Shown: positions 18,455-28,722 of the stretch, in pieces
How the letters are laid out: the number at the start of each line of letters is the position of its first letter
How positions within the stretch are numbered: the stretch's first letter is position 1
Virus record (IMG/VR): IMGVR_UViG_3300009149_000038
Location: 1 to 56,489 of that record
DNA length: 56,489 nt
Strand: one strand, 5' to 3'
Origin: a virus
Taxonomy: Duplodnaviria; Caudoviricetes
Program-made: the position numbers and the translations under genes
The notes under the pieces: model-generated
Told to the model about the DNA's origin: nothing
The model's input: only the letters and a program-made list of their open reading frames with translations
The model's database searches: none

Positions 18455-19786
18455 TTATACGATGATTAGATCCCCCGCTACCCCAAATACATCATCATTG
18501 GTAGCATTAGAAATATTGATATCTATCTTTTTATAGTCTACGGTTCCTGGGAACCAGATAGATGTATCAGAGGAGATAGTTACTGGATTTGTAGTGTCCA
18601 ATTTATTATATCTTATATTAGCCCAGACCTTCCCATCTTCAGTATAAAAAGTTTGTCCGGAATCATCTTTCATTTCTAATTGAATATTTATAGATGCATC
18701 CGGAGATGGACATAAGAAATACCCTTCTGAAAAGGCTTTAAATGAATCCTCCGTAATTTCTCCAGTAGTTATATCTGGAATGATTGATACAAGAGGCATT
18801 CTAGATACGGCTATGGAAGAATTTTCTTCCCAGAGAATGTCGGGTTCCTTAAAATTAGTAAAATCCTCTGGTACATTCCAGATATAATATTCATGATTTG
18901 GAGCTCCAAGCTCTATATTATGATAATCATTATCCCCTACAAGAAGCCATCTTACATTTACATTTCTCATTATTCCACCTTCTCTGGTGAATACCCATTC
19001 AATCCATAATGGATTTCCTTTTGGAATAGTGATACCATTGGATGGGGTTTTTACTTCTATTGCTCCATAGTTTTTCTCACCCGCATCGTATAGATTAACG
19101 CCAAAACTTCCTATTTTATTATTTGCTGGCATTTCAGTCGTTGGATCAAATACAGGTTGATAAGCTTCTACCTCGACCTGAAATGTAATTTTGACCCTGT
19201 TTTCTTCATCATGGGAATATTGTATCTTTTTATCAATTCCTACTCTTTCCGGAAATCCAGCGGTGCATCCTACTCTCATCCCCTTATAATAAACATAATA
19301 AGTGATATTTTTATAAAATACCTCTCTGATTTCTTGTTCAATCTTTAAACCAGTAATTTCTGTATCCGCCCATAATTCACATTCAAAACTAACATTTAGA
19401 GGAATCGAATAGAGATAGGAAACAAATCCTTCGAGTTTGCCATCAAGCTCTTTAACATAGCGGCCTTGTACATATCTGGATGTAATTCTTTGTGAATCGA
19501 TATCAGAGCCGGAGTAAGTAATGACTCCCCTCGGGATCATATCAAAATTGCCATCCACCGGTCTTGGAGGAACACAATCTCCATAATGGGTATAGAAGTC
19601 TTGCATAAAACGCTGATCCCCAGATTGGTTATAATACCAGGGAACATTAATTTGTTCTATATCTTCTATAGGATCATTACCCCATACTTGATTATATTGG
19701 ATATGATTGTTCAAAACATCAAGGAGGCCAGCGATAACCGCCCTTATTAAAATGTTTTCGTTATTATATTTCTGAAATAATGCCAT
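18455..19786 (-). CDS. Tail terminator/sheath stabilizer (T4 gp15-like) with C-terminal extension
   Basis: IRAVIAGLLDVLN...INVPWYY...IPRG...IPLNVSFECELW...KIEQEI pattern, with an Ig-like C-terminal region. Confidence 0.65.
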   Translation of the reverse strand: MALFQKYNNENILIRAVIAGLLDVLNNHIQYNQVWGNDPIEDIEQINVPWYYNQSGDQRFMQDFYTHYGDCVPPRPVDGNFDMIPRGVITYSGSDIDSQRITSRYVQGRYVKELDGKLEGFVSYLYSIPLNVSFECELWADTEITGLKIEQEIREVFYKNITYYVYYKGMRVGCTAGFPERVGIDKKIQYSHDEENRVKITFQVEVEAYQPVFDPTTEMPANNKIGSFGVNLYDAGEKNYGAIEVKTPSNGITIPKGNPLWIEWVFTREGGIMRNVNVRWLLVGDNDYHNIELGAPNHEYYIWNVPEDFTNFKEPDILWEENSSIAVSRMPLVSIIPDITTGEITEDSFKAFSEGYFLCPSPDASINIQLEMKDDSGQTFYTEDGKVWANIRYNKLDTTNPVTISSDTSIWFPGTVDYKKIDINISNATNDDVFGVAGDLIIV

Positions 19787-19796
19787 AATCTATATA

Positions 19797-20153
19797 TCAA
19801 TAATCCCACCAGGACATGCCCTGAGTTAAATAATTCCAATTTTCAAGTGTTAATCCCATGGATTTAGCAAATTTCTTTGTGGATAAATGCTGTATTAGAT
19901 AAGATGATAATGCCCACAGTCCTAAAGCCACTATAAAGAAGAAAATTCCTAATAATAAATTCCAGAATTCTAAATTGCTATTGTTATAAATAATTCCTAG
20001 AACAGCAACTGATAATATGGAAAAAACAATCGTTACCCCCAGATATTTTTTATAAAAGTGATAAAACCATCTACAATACTTTGGTGGTTTGAAATCTAGA
20101 ATTTTTCTAGTTTCCTCACTGCTTAAATCTTTCCATCTTTTTAATACCGCCAT
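19797..20153 (-). CDS. Two-TM membrane protein
   Basis: Two long hydrophobic segments. Confidence 0.65.
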   Translation of the reverse strand: MAVLKRWKDLSSEETRKILDFKPPKYCRWFYHFYKKYLGVTIVFSILSVAVLGIIYNNSNLEFWNLLLGIFFFIVALGLWALSSYLIQHLSTKKFAKSMGLTLENWNYLTQGMSWWDY

Positions 20154-20220
20154 TCTGCCATTAAATTAAGGAGGCCAATCCAGGCCAACTACTTATGTTC
20201 ACGATCATCGACCATTCATT

Positions 20221-20391
20221 CTATTTATTCATGGGATTCTGACTAGTTAAGTGAAAATCCTGACAACAATTACATTTATAAACAAATACCTTTTCATATC
20301 CATATTCAAGATTTATATCGTCAGCCCTCAATTGAGCAACCCACTCTGAAAAAAATCTAACTTTTTTTACACATTGAACTTGTCCTGGCAT
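20221..20391 (-). CDS. Small Zn-binding phage protein (56 aa, not in the ORF track)
   Basis: MPGQVQCVKKVRFFSEWVAQLRADDINLEYGYEKVFVYKCNCCQDFHLTSQNPMNK, with a C...YxCxxCxxxHLTS motif. Its start abuts the helicase stop. Confidence 0.7.
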   Translation of the reverse strand: MPGQVQCVKKVRFFSEWVAQLRADDINLEYGYEKVFVYKCNCCQDFHLTSQNPMNK

Positions 20392-22101
20392 TTATTCGGA
20401 AATTGCCTGGATCCTTTGATAAAAATCCAGAGGAAATAATTTTCTATTTTTATGAATAAGATCGGAAAGCGAGGCATCTAGAAAATAAGTAACCCCCCAG
20501 TCATTTTCATTCCTGACAATTCTTCCAATCCCCTGTAATATGGAAATACTAGTTTTAAATGAATACCACATAGGGTCTAGATCCATTTTAGCCTTAACTA
20601 ATCTATCCATTAAATTAGGATATGGAACTTTGGCAAATATCTGAAATCTACCGAAATTATCTTTCATATCTAAACCTTCGAGAAGAGATGGACCCAATAA
20701 TATTTTGTCCGTGTTTAATTTCAAATCTTCTAAGAAATGTCGTTTTTCTTCAGTTCCATTATAGATTAGGACACGTTTACGATTCTCCGGAGATAATCCG
20801 TTAAATATGTCCATCGATAACTTATAAGATGCTGAATGGATCAAACCGGATTCGCCTTCATGATTATTAATAATCTCATTTACTTTTTGTTGAAGCCATG
20901 GGAGGTTTTGTTCAATATAATTGTATGACATCTTCCTCCTATTATAAAAATAGATTGGGGATTTATCAAAATTAAACTGGCTTTCTAATCGAATATATTT
21001 TGCTCCATTTAAAGAGATACTTTTTAGATATGAAGATGGATCTGAAAAAGTGGCACTCATTAATACGGTAAATCCCGTATGTTTGTGAAAATATTTGTGC
21101 ATTAGATATCTTTCCTCTAGACAATTGAATACTATCTGATCCCCATTAGGATTTTTTATAAGATTTCTAATATCTGTATTTTGGAGAATTTTTACATAAG
21201 CCACTAATTTATCCTGAAAACTCATAAGCCAATCTGAAGCCCATAATGATTTTCTCCATTCCTTTGGCGGTTTCTTTGGATATTTTTCTTTGACGGATTT
21301 TCTAAAAATACTTATTGGTTCTTTAAAATTATCTATGGAAAGGGCTATTCTAGCAATGAGACCAAGGAGTTTATTTTGATCTTCCTCGTCTTTCATTTCA
21401 TGTATAGCAATTTTTATAGTGCTTACATCTTCATGATAATTTCCCATTTTATGAACTTCAAAAAATTCTGCTAATCTTTCTATTTTTTCTGCAATCTTCT
21501 GAGAAATTTTTGGGGAATATGAATTTTGTATGATATCTAGAATCTTGTGACCCTCATCACAAAAAGTAAAATCCCTTGGAGGAAATAATGGTTCATCCAT
21601 CTTGGGGTTGACGTCATTCATCATAACAAGCCAATAGGCATAGTTAAGCATGGCTGTTTGACTATTTGAGGCTTTAGCTCTTGCAGAATAATATGGGCAA
21701 TCAATATAGCATGGAAATTTCTTAGGATCTTTCCCCTGTATCTTACAAGTTCCTAGAGGGGTTTTTTCTAAGTTATCGGTGCAAACATAGTTATCAAGTC
21801 CTTTTACACTTCCCCATGACATTCTAAATTTGTTCAGATCCTTTTCATATTGATCTTGTAAAGAAATATCAGAGGATAAAATATATCCATCATGCCCCAT
21901 TTGATTTAATATCCAAGAGGCACACATAGCAATCAATGATTTTCCAGATCCAACCGGAGCATCCAAGATAACTGTATGATAATCTTTATCATAATAGGCC
22001 TCTATTATTTGTTGAATTGCTTCTCTTTGTCCTTTTCTCCATGAGAAATTTGGAGGCATAAATGATTCCTCGAAGTCTTCAAAATACTGTTTTAGATCCA
22101 T
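20392..22101 (-). CDS. DinG/Rad3-family SF2 DNA helicase
   Basis: Q motif WRKGQ, DAPVGSGKS, Fe-S cysteines, DEGH, MSAT, EGLD, KVPYP and QGIGRIVRNENDWG. Confidence 0.92.
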   Translation of the reverse strand: MDLKQYFEDFEESFMPPNFSWRKGQREAIQQIIEAYYDKDYHTVILDAPVGSGKSLIAMCASWILNQMGHDGYILSSDISLQDQYEKDLNKFRMSWGSVKGLDNYVCTDNLEKTPLGTCKIQGKDPKKFPCYIDCPYYSARAKASNSQTAMLNYAYWLVMMNDVNPKMDEPLFPPRDFTFCDEGHKILDIIQNSYSPKISQKIAEKIERLAEFFEVHKMGNYHEDVSTIKIAIHEMKDEEDQNKLLGLIARIALSIDNFKEPISIFRKSVKEKYPKKPPKEWRKSLWASDWLMSFQDKLVAYVKILQNTDIRNLIKNPNGDQIVFNCLEERYLMHKYFHKHTGFTVLMSATFSDPSSYLKSISLNGAKYIRLESQFNFDKSPIYFYNRRKMSYNYIEQNLPWLQQKVNEIINNHEGESGLIHSASYKLSMDIFNGLSPENRKRVLIYNGTEEKRHFLEDLKLNTDKILLGPSLLEGLDMKDNFGRFQIFAKVPYPNLMDRLVKAKMDLDPMWYSFKTSISILQGIGRIVRNENDWGVTYFLDASLSDLIHKNRKLFPLDFYQRIQAISE

Positions 22102-22107
22102 ACCTAT

Positions 22108-22143
22108 CTTACATAAAAAAGGCCCTAGAGTTTCTAGAGCCTT
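22108..22143 (-). promoter_or_regulatory. Composite terminator-like hairpin / ECF-type promoter upstream of the DinG-like helicase
   Basis: AAGGCTCTAG-AAACT-CTAGGGCCTT-T4-ATGTAAG, giving GAAAC-N16-TGTAAG. Confidence 0.6.
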
Positions 22144-22163
22144 GATCTTTTTTGAAAATATTC

Positions 22164-23954
22164 TTATAAGTATCCGGTTTGTTTAAGCACTCTTGATGCT
22201 TTGGCAGCATCTTGTCCGGAAGCACCAGATTTGGGTTCTACAGCATCATAAGCTTTTGCCAGTCTAGCAAAACTAGATATATCAATTCCATTTAATAAAC
22301 TTTTACCGATATCTTCCTTATTTGCTTTCCATGCATACCCCTTTCTTAGATCATCTATAATGTCATCTAATACTGAATCAAAATTATCCATAACGGATTT
22401 TTTGAGTTTTTCTTTCTCATCATCAACTTTTTTGTCAATCCCTAGTCTTTTCTTAGTTGAATATCTTTTATATCTTTGTTGTTGTGATAAACTTGAATGG
22501 CTCCATCCAATATCTCCAGGTTTTAAAGGATCGGGATTTTCCTGTCGAGCTTTACTTCTTTCCTTCTGTGTTTCCCCCCTCTTTTTATCCCCACGTATTA
22601 GCTCTACTGTAACATCACCATCCAATCCCTGAATAAATTCTGATAAACCTTGTCCGGAATAACTACCTTTTAGTCCAGGCTGATAATTATGATATCCTCT
22701 TTCATTCAGATTTTCATTTTGTCTTTCCAGCTCTCTCTGTCTTTCTCTTTCTTTTCTTTCTTTCTTTCTCTTATATTCATCATCCTCGTATTTTCTAATT
22801 GAATCTAAATCATATAATTCAAATTTTCTTTCAGATTCTCTTTTAAAAAAATATTTCGGAATTCCATCTACTGTAATTACTCCTCCCCTGAAATCGGTTT
22901 TTAAAACACTTGAAAATTTCTTGGGATCTTTTGGAACTTCAATTATTTCGACTTCTGAATCTCTTCCAGCAGATCCCCATCCTCCTGACGAGGTCATTCG
23001 TCTGATGATTTGATTAGGGAGATTAAATTTCTTTAGATTTCCCATATCCTCATTTAAAAACTCCTTAAATGAAGGAACTAAATTTTCTGCCCACATATAT
23101 CTTTTCATTTTTTGTGTTGATTGATATTTAGGATGTCTAGAACCAAATCCGGTTTTAGCCGGAACTGCTATATGAGGGCCGGATCTCAATTCGATTGACC
23201 ATTCCCCGCTTCCCGTATAATCTTTAATCTTTATCAATGTAGCATTTTCTGCCTGATCCCAATCCCCCCAAGAAGAATCATTGAATTTTTTTCTGCTAAG
23301 CTTTTTATCAATTATTTCTATATACCAGTCGTTCTCATTTATATAAAGGGGTTTTTTATACTTTTCTCTAAACTCCTCCTCTATATCTCTTATAATTTCT
23401 ATAAGTTTTTCTTTAGTCGGTGGATAATCCCAGAATGAAATAATTCGATCATTTATCCAAACTCTTCCGGCATATTCCATCGACATTCTTCCTTTGAACC
23501 CCTCCATATCTGGATATAAATTGTAGATATCTGGGTGAATCCCCCTCAATTTTCCAATTCGCATAGTTCCATTATAATATCCAAACGGAAATTGAAATTC
23601 TTCGGTCCCTAATGTCGGGGTACCGGGCCTTATAATACTAAGATTATCAGCCTCTATCATATCCGGGCTTTCTTTTAGCATCTTAGCATATTTAGATTTC
23701 AGAGATTCCCAGAGGTTAATACCATCTAGTTCATCCCTCCGGATTCGAAAGAAGAATAAAAGTGCATCTTTTTCCTCTGGTGTATTAAGTTTTTCGAGCA
23801 TCCTGACTGTAGCTTTTTTCAGACGTCTCGGATTATCAATAAGAGCTAGAAAATTTTCATAGAAAGATTTAGCATAAAGAGCCCAATACTTTACAGGTTC
23901 GGGGATTTTCTCTTTTTCAATTCTCGGTAGACGGTCAAGCCAACTATAATCCAT
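22164..23954 (-). CDS. Large hypothetical late protein, probably a processed internal virion protein
   Basis: Late motif at 23974-23981 and internal MLKES, LVPSFKEFLNE and NLNER sites. Confidence 0.6.
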   Translation of the reverse strand: MDYSWLDRLPRIEKEKIPEPVKYWALYAKSFYENFLALIDNPRRLKKATVRMLEKLNTPEEKDALLFFFRIRRDELDGINLWESLKSKYAKMLKESPDMIEADNLSIIRPGTPTLGTEEFQFPFGYYNGTMRIGKLRGIHPDIYNLYPDMEGFKGRMSMEYAGRVWINDRIISFWDYPPTKEKLIEIIRDIEEEFREKYKKPLYINENDWYIEIIDKKLSRKKFNDSSWGDWDQAENATLIKIKDYTGSGEWSIELRSGPHIAVPAKTGFGSRHPKYQSTQKMKRYMWAENLVPSFKEFLNEDMGNLKKFNLPNQIIRRMTSSGGWGSAGRDSEVEIIEVPKDPKKFSSVLKTDFRGGVITVDGIPKYFFKRESERKFELYDLDSIRKYEDDEYKRKKERKERERQRELERQNENLNERGYHNYQPGLKGSYSGQGLSEFIQGLDGDVTVELIRGDKKRGETQKERSKARQENPDPLKPGDIGWSHSSLSQQQRYKRYSTKKRLGIDKKVDDEKEKLKKSVMDNFDSVLDDIIDDLRKGYAWKANKEDIGKSLLNGIDISSFARLAKAYDAVEPKSGASGQDAAKASRVLKQTGYL

Positions 23955-23985
23955 TTACGGGATACATTTTCTTTATTTATCCCAA

Positions 23986-25698
23986 TTATAATTCTATTAT
24001 TTCTTCATCAAGTTTTTCCACCTGTAGATCCGAAAATCCTGCATTTTTTTGGATCTCTATTTTATAGGCAAAATGTTCTATAGGTAAGGGAGAGTGATTG
24101 ATTATGAAGATATTCATCTTCATTTCTTTTGCAGTTCTCTGAAGAAGACCGATAATGTCATAAATTCCATCGCCATCAATTGAAGATAAAACCTCATCGA
24201 GCATGAAAATATTAAGGGACGGATATTTTCTTTTTAGCATTCGAATAATAGAGATTAGAACTGCAAGATCCACCCTCTTTTTTTCTCCGGTGGATAGGGT
24301 GCCAACATTTATATCAATCCCTAGATGCTCCAGCTGGGGTTCAAAATCGGAGTCAAATTTAAGACTATATGGGAAATGTAGTTCATTCAGCGTAAATTCA
24401 ATTTCTTTATTTAACGTTGGAAGATAGCTTTCAAGTATTTTTTTCTTTACCCCTGAATCAGAATATAATTCTTCTAATACCGCCATATACTTAAAATTTT
24501 CATCAAGATCAACTTTTTCCTCCTCTTTCTTACTGATCTGAATTGTATTTTTTGAAATGATATTTTCTATTGAAGTAAACTCTTCTGGCTTGGATTCCTT
24601 AAGCTCTACTAATCTTTCATTGAGATTTTCATATCCGGATTTTGCTTGAATAAGAAACTGATTTAGTTTTTGTATGCTCTCTTTAATTTTTATTAGGGTT
24701 TCATCATATTTAGAAGCGGAAGATTCAAGCAATTCTCTATAGCTCTTCTCTCTTTCCTCCTTTTCTTCATTAAGATTTTCTTTTATTAATGAGAATCTCT
24801 TGTCTGAAAATGGGGTTTCGCAAGTAGGACACTGATCTTTATTGTAAAGATCCAATTTTTCATCAAGGCTAGATATATCAGATTCTAATTTTTGCTTTTG
24901 AGAAATAAATGATTCCTTCGCATTTTTTATCGCAGTTTCCTTATTCTTTGCTTCTTTTAATTTTTCCTGAGCTTCTGCGAATTTTGGTTTGATAGCAAGC
25001 ATCCGGTCTACTATTTCCTTTATTTTCTTGCTATTATCTTCCTTAACCTTATCCTTAAGTTTTTCTAATTCCTTTGTAGCACTTTTGATAGAGGTGCTTA
25101 ATGATTTAATTTCCCTATCATAAAGATCTATATTGATTTTAATATCCCGGAGATCTTTCCGAACCATATCGTTCATTTTGTTTATGATCTCCATGGCAAA
25201 AAGCTTGTCAATAATAATACGCTTATCTTTTGGTGTCATTGCTATGAATGACTTAAAATCATTTACTGATAAAGATATAATATTGGAAAATATATTATAT
25301 GGAAGTCCGGTAACTTCTAAATCAATATAATCCTGATAATTAGCAATCCCGGCCTTTCCTATATCATTCTTCTCATTGGGTTCTTCCCCCTTCCTATATT
25401 TGTGAACTTTTAATTCCTGAGGTGAAATATTTCTTTCTATTGTTACAAGATTACCTGGACTAACTTCTACCTCTCCCTTAACCCAGCCATGTTTATTTAG
25501 CCTATTTGCAATCTCTTCTTTCAAAAATCCGTCAAGTTTTCCATAATAGAGTATCTTCGGGAGATTTACTACAAATGACTTTCCATGGCCATTTTTTCCC
25601 AATACCATCCACAGACCTCCTTCATCAGAAAGTTCTAACTTTTGAAGTTTATTTCCATATGGTCCGATATTCCTCCAAGAAATGCTGCGTAGTTTCAT
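23986..25698 (-). CDS. Recombination endonuclease ATPase subunit (T4 gp46 / SbcC / Rad50-like)
   Basis: GKNGHGKS Walker A, CPTC zinc hook, LSTGEKKR signature, MLDE Walker B and INH. Confidence 0.95.
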   Translation of the reverse strand: MKLRSISWRNIGPYGNKLQKLELSDEGGLWMVLGKNGHGKSFVVNLPKILYYGKLDGFLKEEIANRLNKHGWVKGEVEVSPGNLVTIERNISPQELKVHKYRKGEEPNEKNDIGKAGIANYQDYIDLEVTGLPYNIFSNIISLSVNDFKSFIAMTPKDKRIIIDKLFAMEIINKMNDMVRKDLRDIKINIDLYDREIKSLSTSIKSATKELEKLKDKVKEDNSKKIKEIVDRMLAIKPKFAEAQEKLKEAKNKETAIKNAKESFISQKQKLESDISSLDEKLDLYNKDQCPTCETPFSDKRFSLIKENLNEEKEEREKSYRELLESSASKYDETLIKIKESIQKLNQFLIQAKSGYENLNERLVELKESKPEEFTSIENIISKNTIQISKKEEEKVDLDENFKYMAVLEELYSDSGVKKKILESYLPTLNKEIEFTLNELHFPYSLKFDSDFEPQLEHLGIDINVGTLSTGEKKRVDLAVLISIIRMLKRKYPSLNIFMLDEVLSSIDGDGIYDIIGLLQRTAKEMKMNIFIINHSPLPIEHFAYKIEIQKNAGFSDLQVEKLDEEIIEL

Positions 25699-25701
25699 TA
25701 T

Positions 25702-26106
25702 CTAATATTTTATAATTGCTTTTGCTGATTTCATTAATTCCTTAGCAGGTTTGTCTTCATTTTCCCATCTGCCATCATATTCTGAAAGGATATACAAATC
25801 TTCTTCCAATGCGTTAGCAACTTCTTTTAATTTTGTTTCATCTAGAGTTACATCTAGATCACCATGCCATACCTTTCCCCTAGTTTCTATGACAATATTA
25901 GCATTAAATACTATGATATTATCAGGATGAGCGTCTCTATATCCAGATTTGGATCCACCGATCATACGGCCTATTGGAAGTCCTTTTGATAAAAAAATCT
26001 GATACATATCACCATCTGAAAGAAATTCGGATGGAAATTGCTGATAATCCGGGATGTAATCTTTTGCCATAATATTAATTTTAATTTTAGGTAAGCTCCT
26101 CTTCAA
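25702..26106 (-). CDS. Hypothetical phage protein
   Basis: 134 aa between gp47 and gp46, containing GRMIGGSKSGY...FNANI...WHGDLDVT. Confidence 0.7.
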   Translation of the reverse strand: MKRSLPKIKINIMAKDYIPDYQQFPSEFLSDGDMYQIFLSKGLPIGRMIGGSKSGYRDAHPDNIIVFNANIVIETRGKVWHGDLDVTLDETKLKEVANALEEDLYILSEYDGRWENEDKPAKELMKSAKAIIKY

Positions 26107-27205
26107 GTTTTGTTGCCTTCTCGTGATATTCTCTATTAAGAAGCTTTAATTTAACAATCATTTCCATATTATATTCTGTACTTTCTATGGAATTTTCCAG
26201 AAGAGTTATAATATCCTTTATTTCTTCACCATCTAAAATTTCATTGAATGAATCGTCTATTTGATTCTTTTCTCCGCGAGTTTCAAGCCTTTTATATTGG
26301 CAATCGCTCAGGAGATCAATAAATCTAGTAAGATTAAATAAATGAATATATTTATCAGGAACAATAATATCTGTGTAATTATTCTCTAGAGCTCTATAAG
26401 CCTTTTCTAATGTCATCTCCATCAACTCTTCCAGAGGAATTCTTTGAAATATTGGGGATATAGTATTTGGCTTGAATACTTGTTCGTGATTGTGAGGATC
26501 TAACATATAAACCCCCTTCTTATTCCCAATATCAGATCTTTTTGTAGAATAAGGGGATCCGATATAAACAGAATCTTTATGCTCCTGCCTCTTGTGAATA
26601 TGACCGGAATAAAGGGCTTTTACCCCTGGCAGCCTTTTTAATCTTGCCCCTTTTCTGATGTTGAATCCATTATCATATTGGAATCCTGCGATATCTGTAT
26701 GGGCGAAGATGTAGTCTGTTTTGTTTGCTTTTGCGTAGGCCTCTTCTTTTTCTCCTGAACCAATCCACGGCAAAACAAGTATAGAGGAATTATTATGTTT
26801 AATTATTACCGGATCTTCAAATATGGTTACGTTTGGTATAAATCTAAATGCAGCTAATGAATTGACATCAGTATCATTTTTCTTGTAAATGTCATGATTT
26901 CCTGTCATGAAATAAACAGGAAGAATATCTGATAGATCAAATATTAGATCTATAGATTTATTCATTACGTTAATATCAAGTAATTGCCTATTGTCAAACC
27001 AATCACCTAAAATGAACAATACATCTCCTTTAATGTAATTTTCTTTTAGGTATGGAATATAGAATTTATAAAAAAAATCGAGATGGTTTTCCAACCACTC
27101 AATTGAATTAGCTCTAACCCCAAAATGGAGGTCGGATATCATAAAAATTCTATTAAAAGGTATGTCTAGGGTAGGTACTTTGTACTCAATCTGTTCAATG
27201 TTCAT
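26087..27205 (-). CDS. Recombination endonuclease nuclease subunit (T4 gp47 / SbcD / Mre11-like)
   Basis: SDLHFG, GDWFDNR, GNHD, SGHIH and YIGSP. Confidence 0.95.
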   Translation of the reverse strand: MNIEQIEYKVPTLDIPFNRIFMISDLHFGVRANSIEWLENHLDFFYKFYIPYLKENYIKGDVLFILGDWFDNRQLLDINVMNKSIDLIFDLSDILPVYFMTGNHDIYKKNDTDVNSLAAFRFIPNVTIFEDPVIIKHNNSSILVLPWIGSGEKEEAYAKANKTDYIFAHTDIAGFQYDNGFNIRKGARLKRLPGVKALYSGHIHKRQEHKDSVYIGSPYSTKRSDIGNKKGVYMLDPHNHEQVFKPNTISPIFQRIPLEELMEMTLEKAYRALENNYTDIIVPDKYIHLFNLTRFIDLLSDCQYKRLETRGEKNQIDDSFNEILDGEEIKDIITLLENSIESTEYNMEMIVKLKLLNREYHEKATKLEEELT

Positions 27206-27227
27206 ATCTAAGTATTAAGCTTATTCT

Positions 27228-27270
27228 TTTTACACAAAAAAAGCCTGGGAGTTTTAAGTCCCAGGCTTTT
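27228..27270 (-). promoter_or_regulatory. Composite terminator hairpin / ECF-type promoter upstream of gp47
   Basis: AAAAGCCTGGGA-CTTAAAAC-TCCCAGGCTTTT-TTTGTGTAAA, giving AAAAC-N16-TGTAAA. Confidence 0.65.
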
Positions 27271-27293
27271 GTATCTTACTATATTGTTAAATC

Positions 27294-27776
27294 TTAATTA
27301 CCCAATAATGGAAATCCTAATGTAATACCCCACGAAGTTCCTGATCCGGAAGCGCTCCATCCATATCCTACATCAGCAGCCAAATACCAAGAATAGTCTC
27401 CTACTTTATATCCAAGCGAAATGATATTCATAGCTTCTACATAACTATCTGTCCATGCTCCCCCGTTATAAGACATTTGAGAACGATAGCCGACAGTATT
27501 TAAAGCATAACTTAAATAATATCCGGACTCATCCCATTCAGGACCCCATTTAATATTCCATACTACGCCTGATACGGGGCTGCCATCGCCGGGCATTTTA
27601 GTTGGCATATATCCCAATGTAGTGGAAAAAGATCCAAACTGATAACCTGCGGCTACTGCGCCTTCAGACCACGAATACCCTCCTTGAACTAATACTGCTC
27701 CTTGTGCTTTTGTCTCTGAAGTTGTAGCAAAAAGCATCGTAAAGACCACAACTATTGATAATAGAATTCTTTTCAT
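27294..27776 (-). CDS. Small outer-membrane beta-barrel protein
   Basis: Sec signal peptide (...TKA-Q) followed by alternating G/aromatic beta-strands, ending WGITLGFPL. Confidence 0.7.
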   Translation of the reverse strand: MKRILLSIVVVFTMLFATTSETKAQGAVLVQGGYSWSEGAVAAGYQFGSFSTTLGYMPTKMPGDGSPVSGVVWNIKWGPEWDESGYYLSYALNTVGYRSQMSYNGGAWTDSYVEAMNIISLGYKVGDYSWYLAADVGYGWSASGSGTSWGITLGFPLLGN

Positions 27777-27783
27777 TTTATAA

Positions 27784-28215
27784 TTATTTGGTTACTAAAT
27801 TAGGTTCTACTAATTCGCCATTTCCGATATCCAAAACAAATGGACATCCGTTGGCAGATTTTTTCCCAGTTAAATACCATGTATATGTTAAATCCTCACA
27901 TGAACTTAAGCTTTCATAATTATAAGCCCAATCATATCCATCAAAGGATACCCAACATTCAATACTTCCTGCTTGAACACGAGTATATTTATATGAGTTA
28001 CCGTTGTAAAGTAGTTTTTCGTAGTTTTCAGACATACTTCCCCACGTAACGTCAACCCATACATTATAACCTGTAGAGTTTTTAACTGTTACAGATCCGT
28101 AGCTGTTGATTTCACAATCCGGGCGTGGAGGTATAGGATCTTCACAAGAAGTTAGAAAAATTGAACTTGCAGTGAGCACTACAAATAAAAAAAGTAGATT
28201 TAGAATTTTCTTCAT
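27784..28215 (-). CDS. Lipoprotein, probably surface-exposed
   Basis: MKKILNLLFLFVVLTASSIFLTS-C lipobox followed by acidic ED. The start was moved to 28215. Confidence 0.75.
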   Translation of the reverse strand: MKKILNLLFLFVVLTASSIFLTSCEDPIPPRPDCEINSYGSVTVKNSTGYNVWVDVTWGSMSENYEKLLYNGNSYKYTRVQAGSIECWVSFDGYDWAYNYESLSSCEDLTYTWYLTGKKSANGCPFVLDIGNGELVEPNLVTK

Positions 28216-28309
28216 ATTAGATGTTTTCGTTAAAAATGAGTGTAAAATAATTTTACTCAATTATAATGAAAAGTTTCCAGATATAAAAACGTTAAATGTT
28301 AGAGAAACG

Positions 28310-28699
28310 TTAAAATAGATTGGTCATATCTATTAAATCCCCCATGTCTGCTTCGAATGTTCCCCAGCTGGTAATGAATCTGAAACTATCTTCGGAGAGG
28401 TCTTCAATTCCTTGAATTTCTAGATAATCTTCTTCCTCCCACTTATCCTCTGCACTAATTCCTAGTTGTTCAGCTGCAAAAAGATCGAAAGTTTCGGGAT
28501 CAATATATCCCGTTTCCTCATCCCATTCATCTTCGGCAGAATAATTGTATTTCCTTTTAATAGAAAGCTCCTGATCATCCAAATCTAATTCAAAATTTGA
28601 GTCGTCTTCTTTTTCGTTCCATGGGGCGCGAGGATCTTCAGCCGCTCCTAGAGGATATCCTCCCATAGATCCATATTCATTTATAGTTTTAGCTCTCAT
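28310..28699 (-). CDS. Acidic late protein with MRAKTINE N-terminus
   Basis: Late motif at 28715-28722 and a YPLGAAEDPRAPWN motif. Confidence 0.7.
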   Translation of the reverse strand: MRAKTINEYGSMGGYPLGAAEDPRAPWNEKEDDSNFELDLDDQELSIKRKYNYSAEDEWDEETGYIDPETFDLFAAEQLGISAEDKWEEEDYLEIQGIEDLSEDSFRFITSWGTFEADMGDLIDMTNLF

Positions 28700-28722
28700 A
28701 AGATGATTTTTCTTTATTTATC

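Noticed and set aside
20221-20391. Apparent frameshift in homopolymer runs of the small Zn-binding ORF
   Set aside because: Recounting the A7 and T7 runs gives one intact 56-aa frame.
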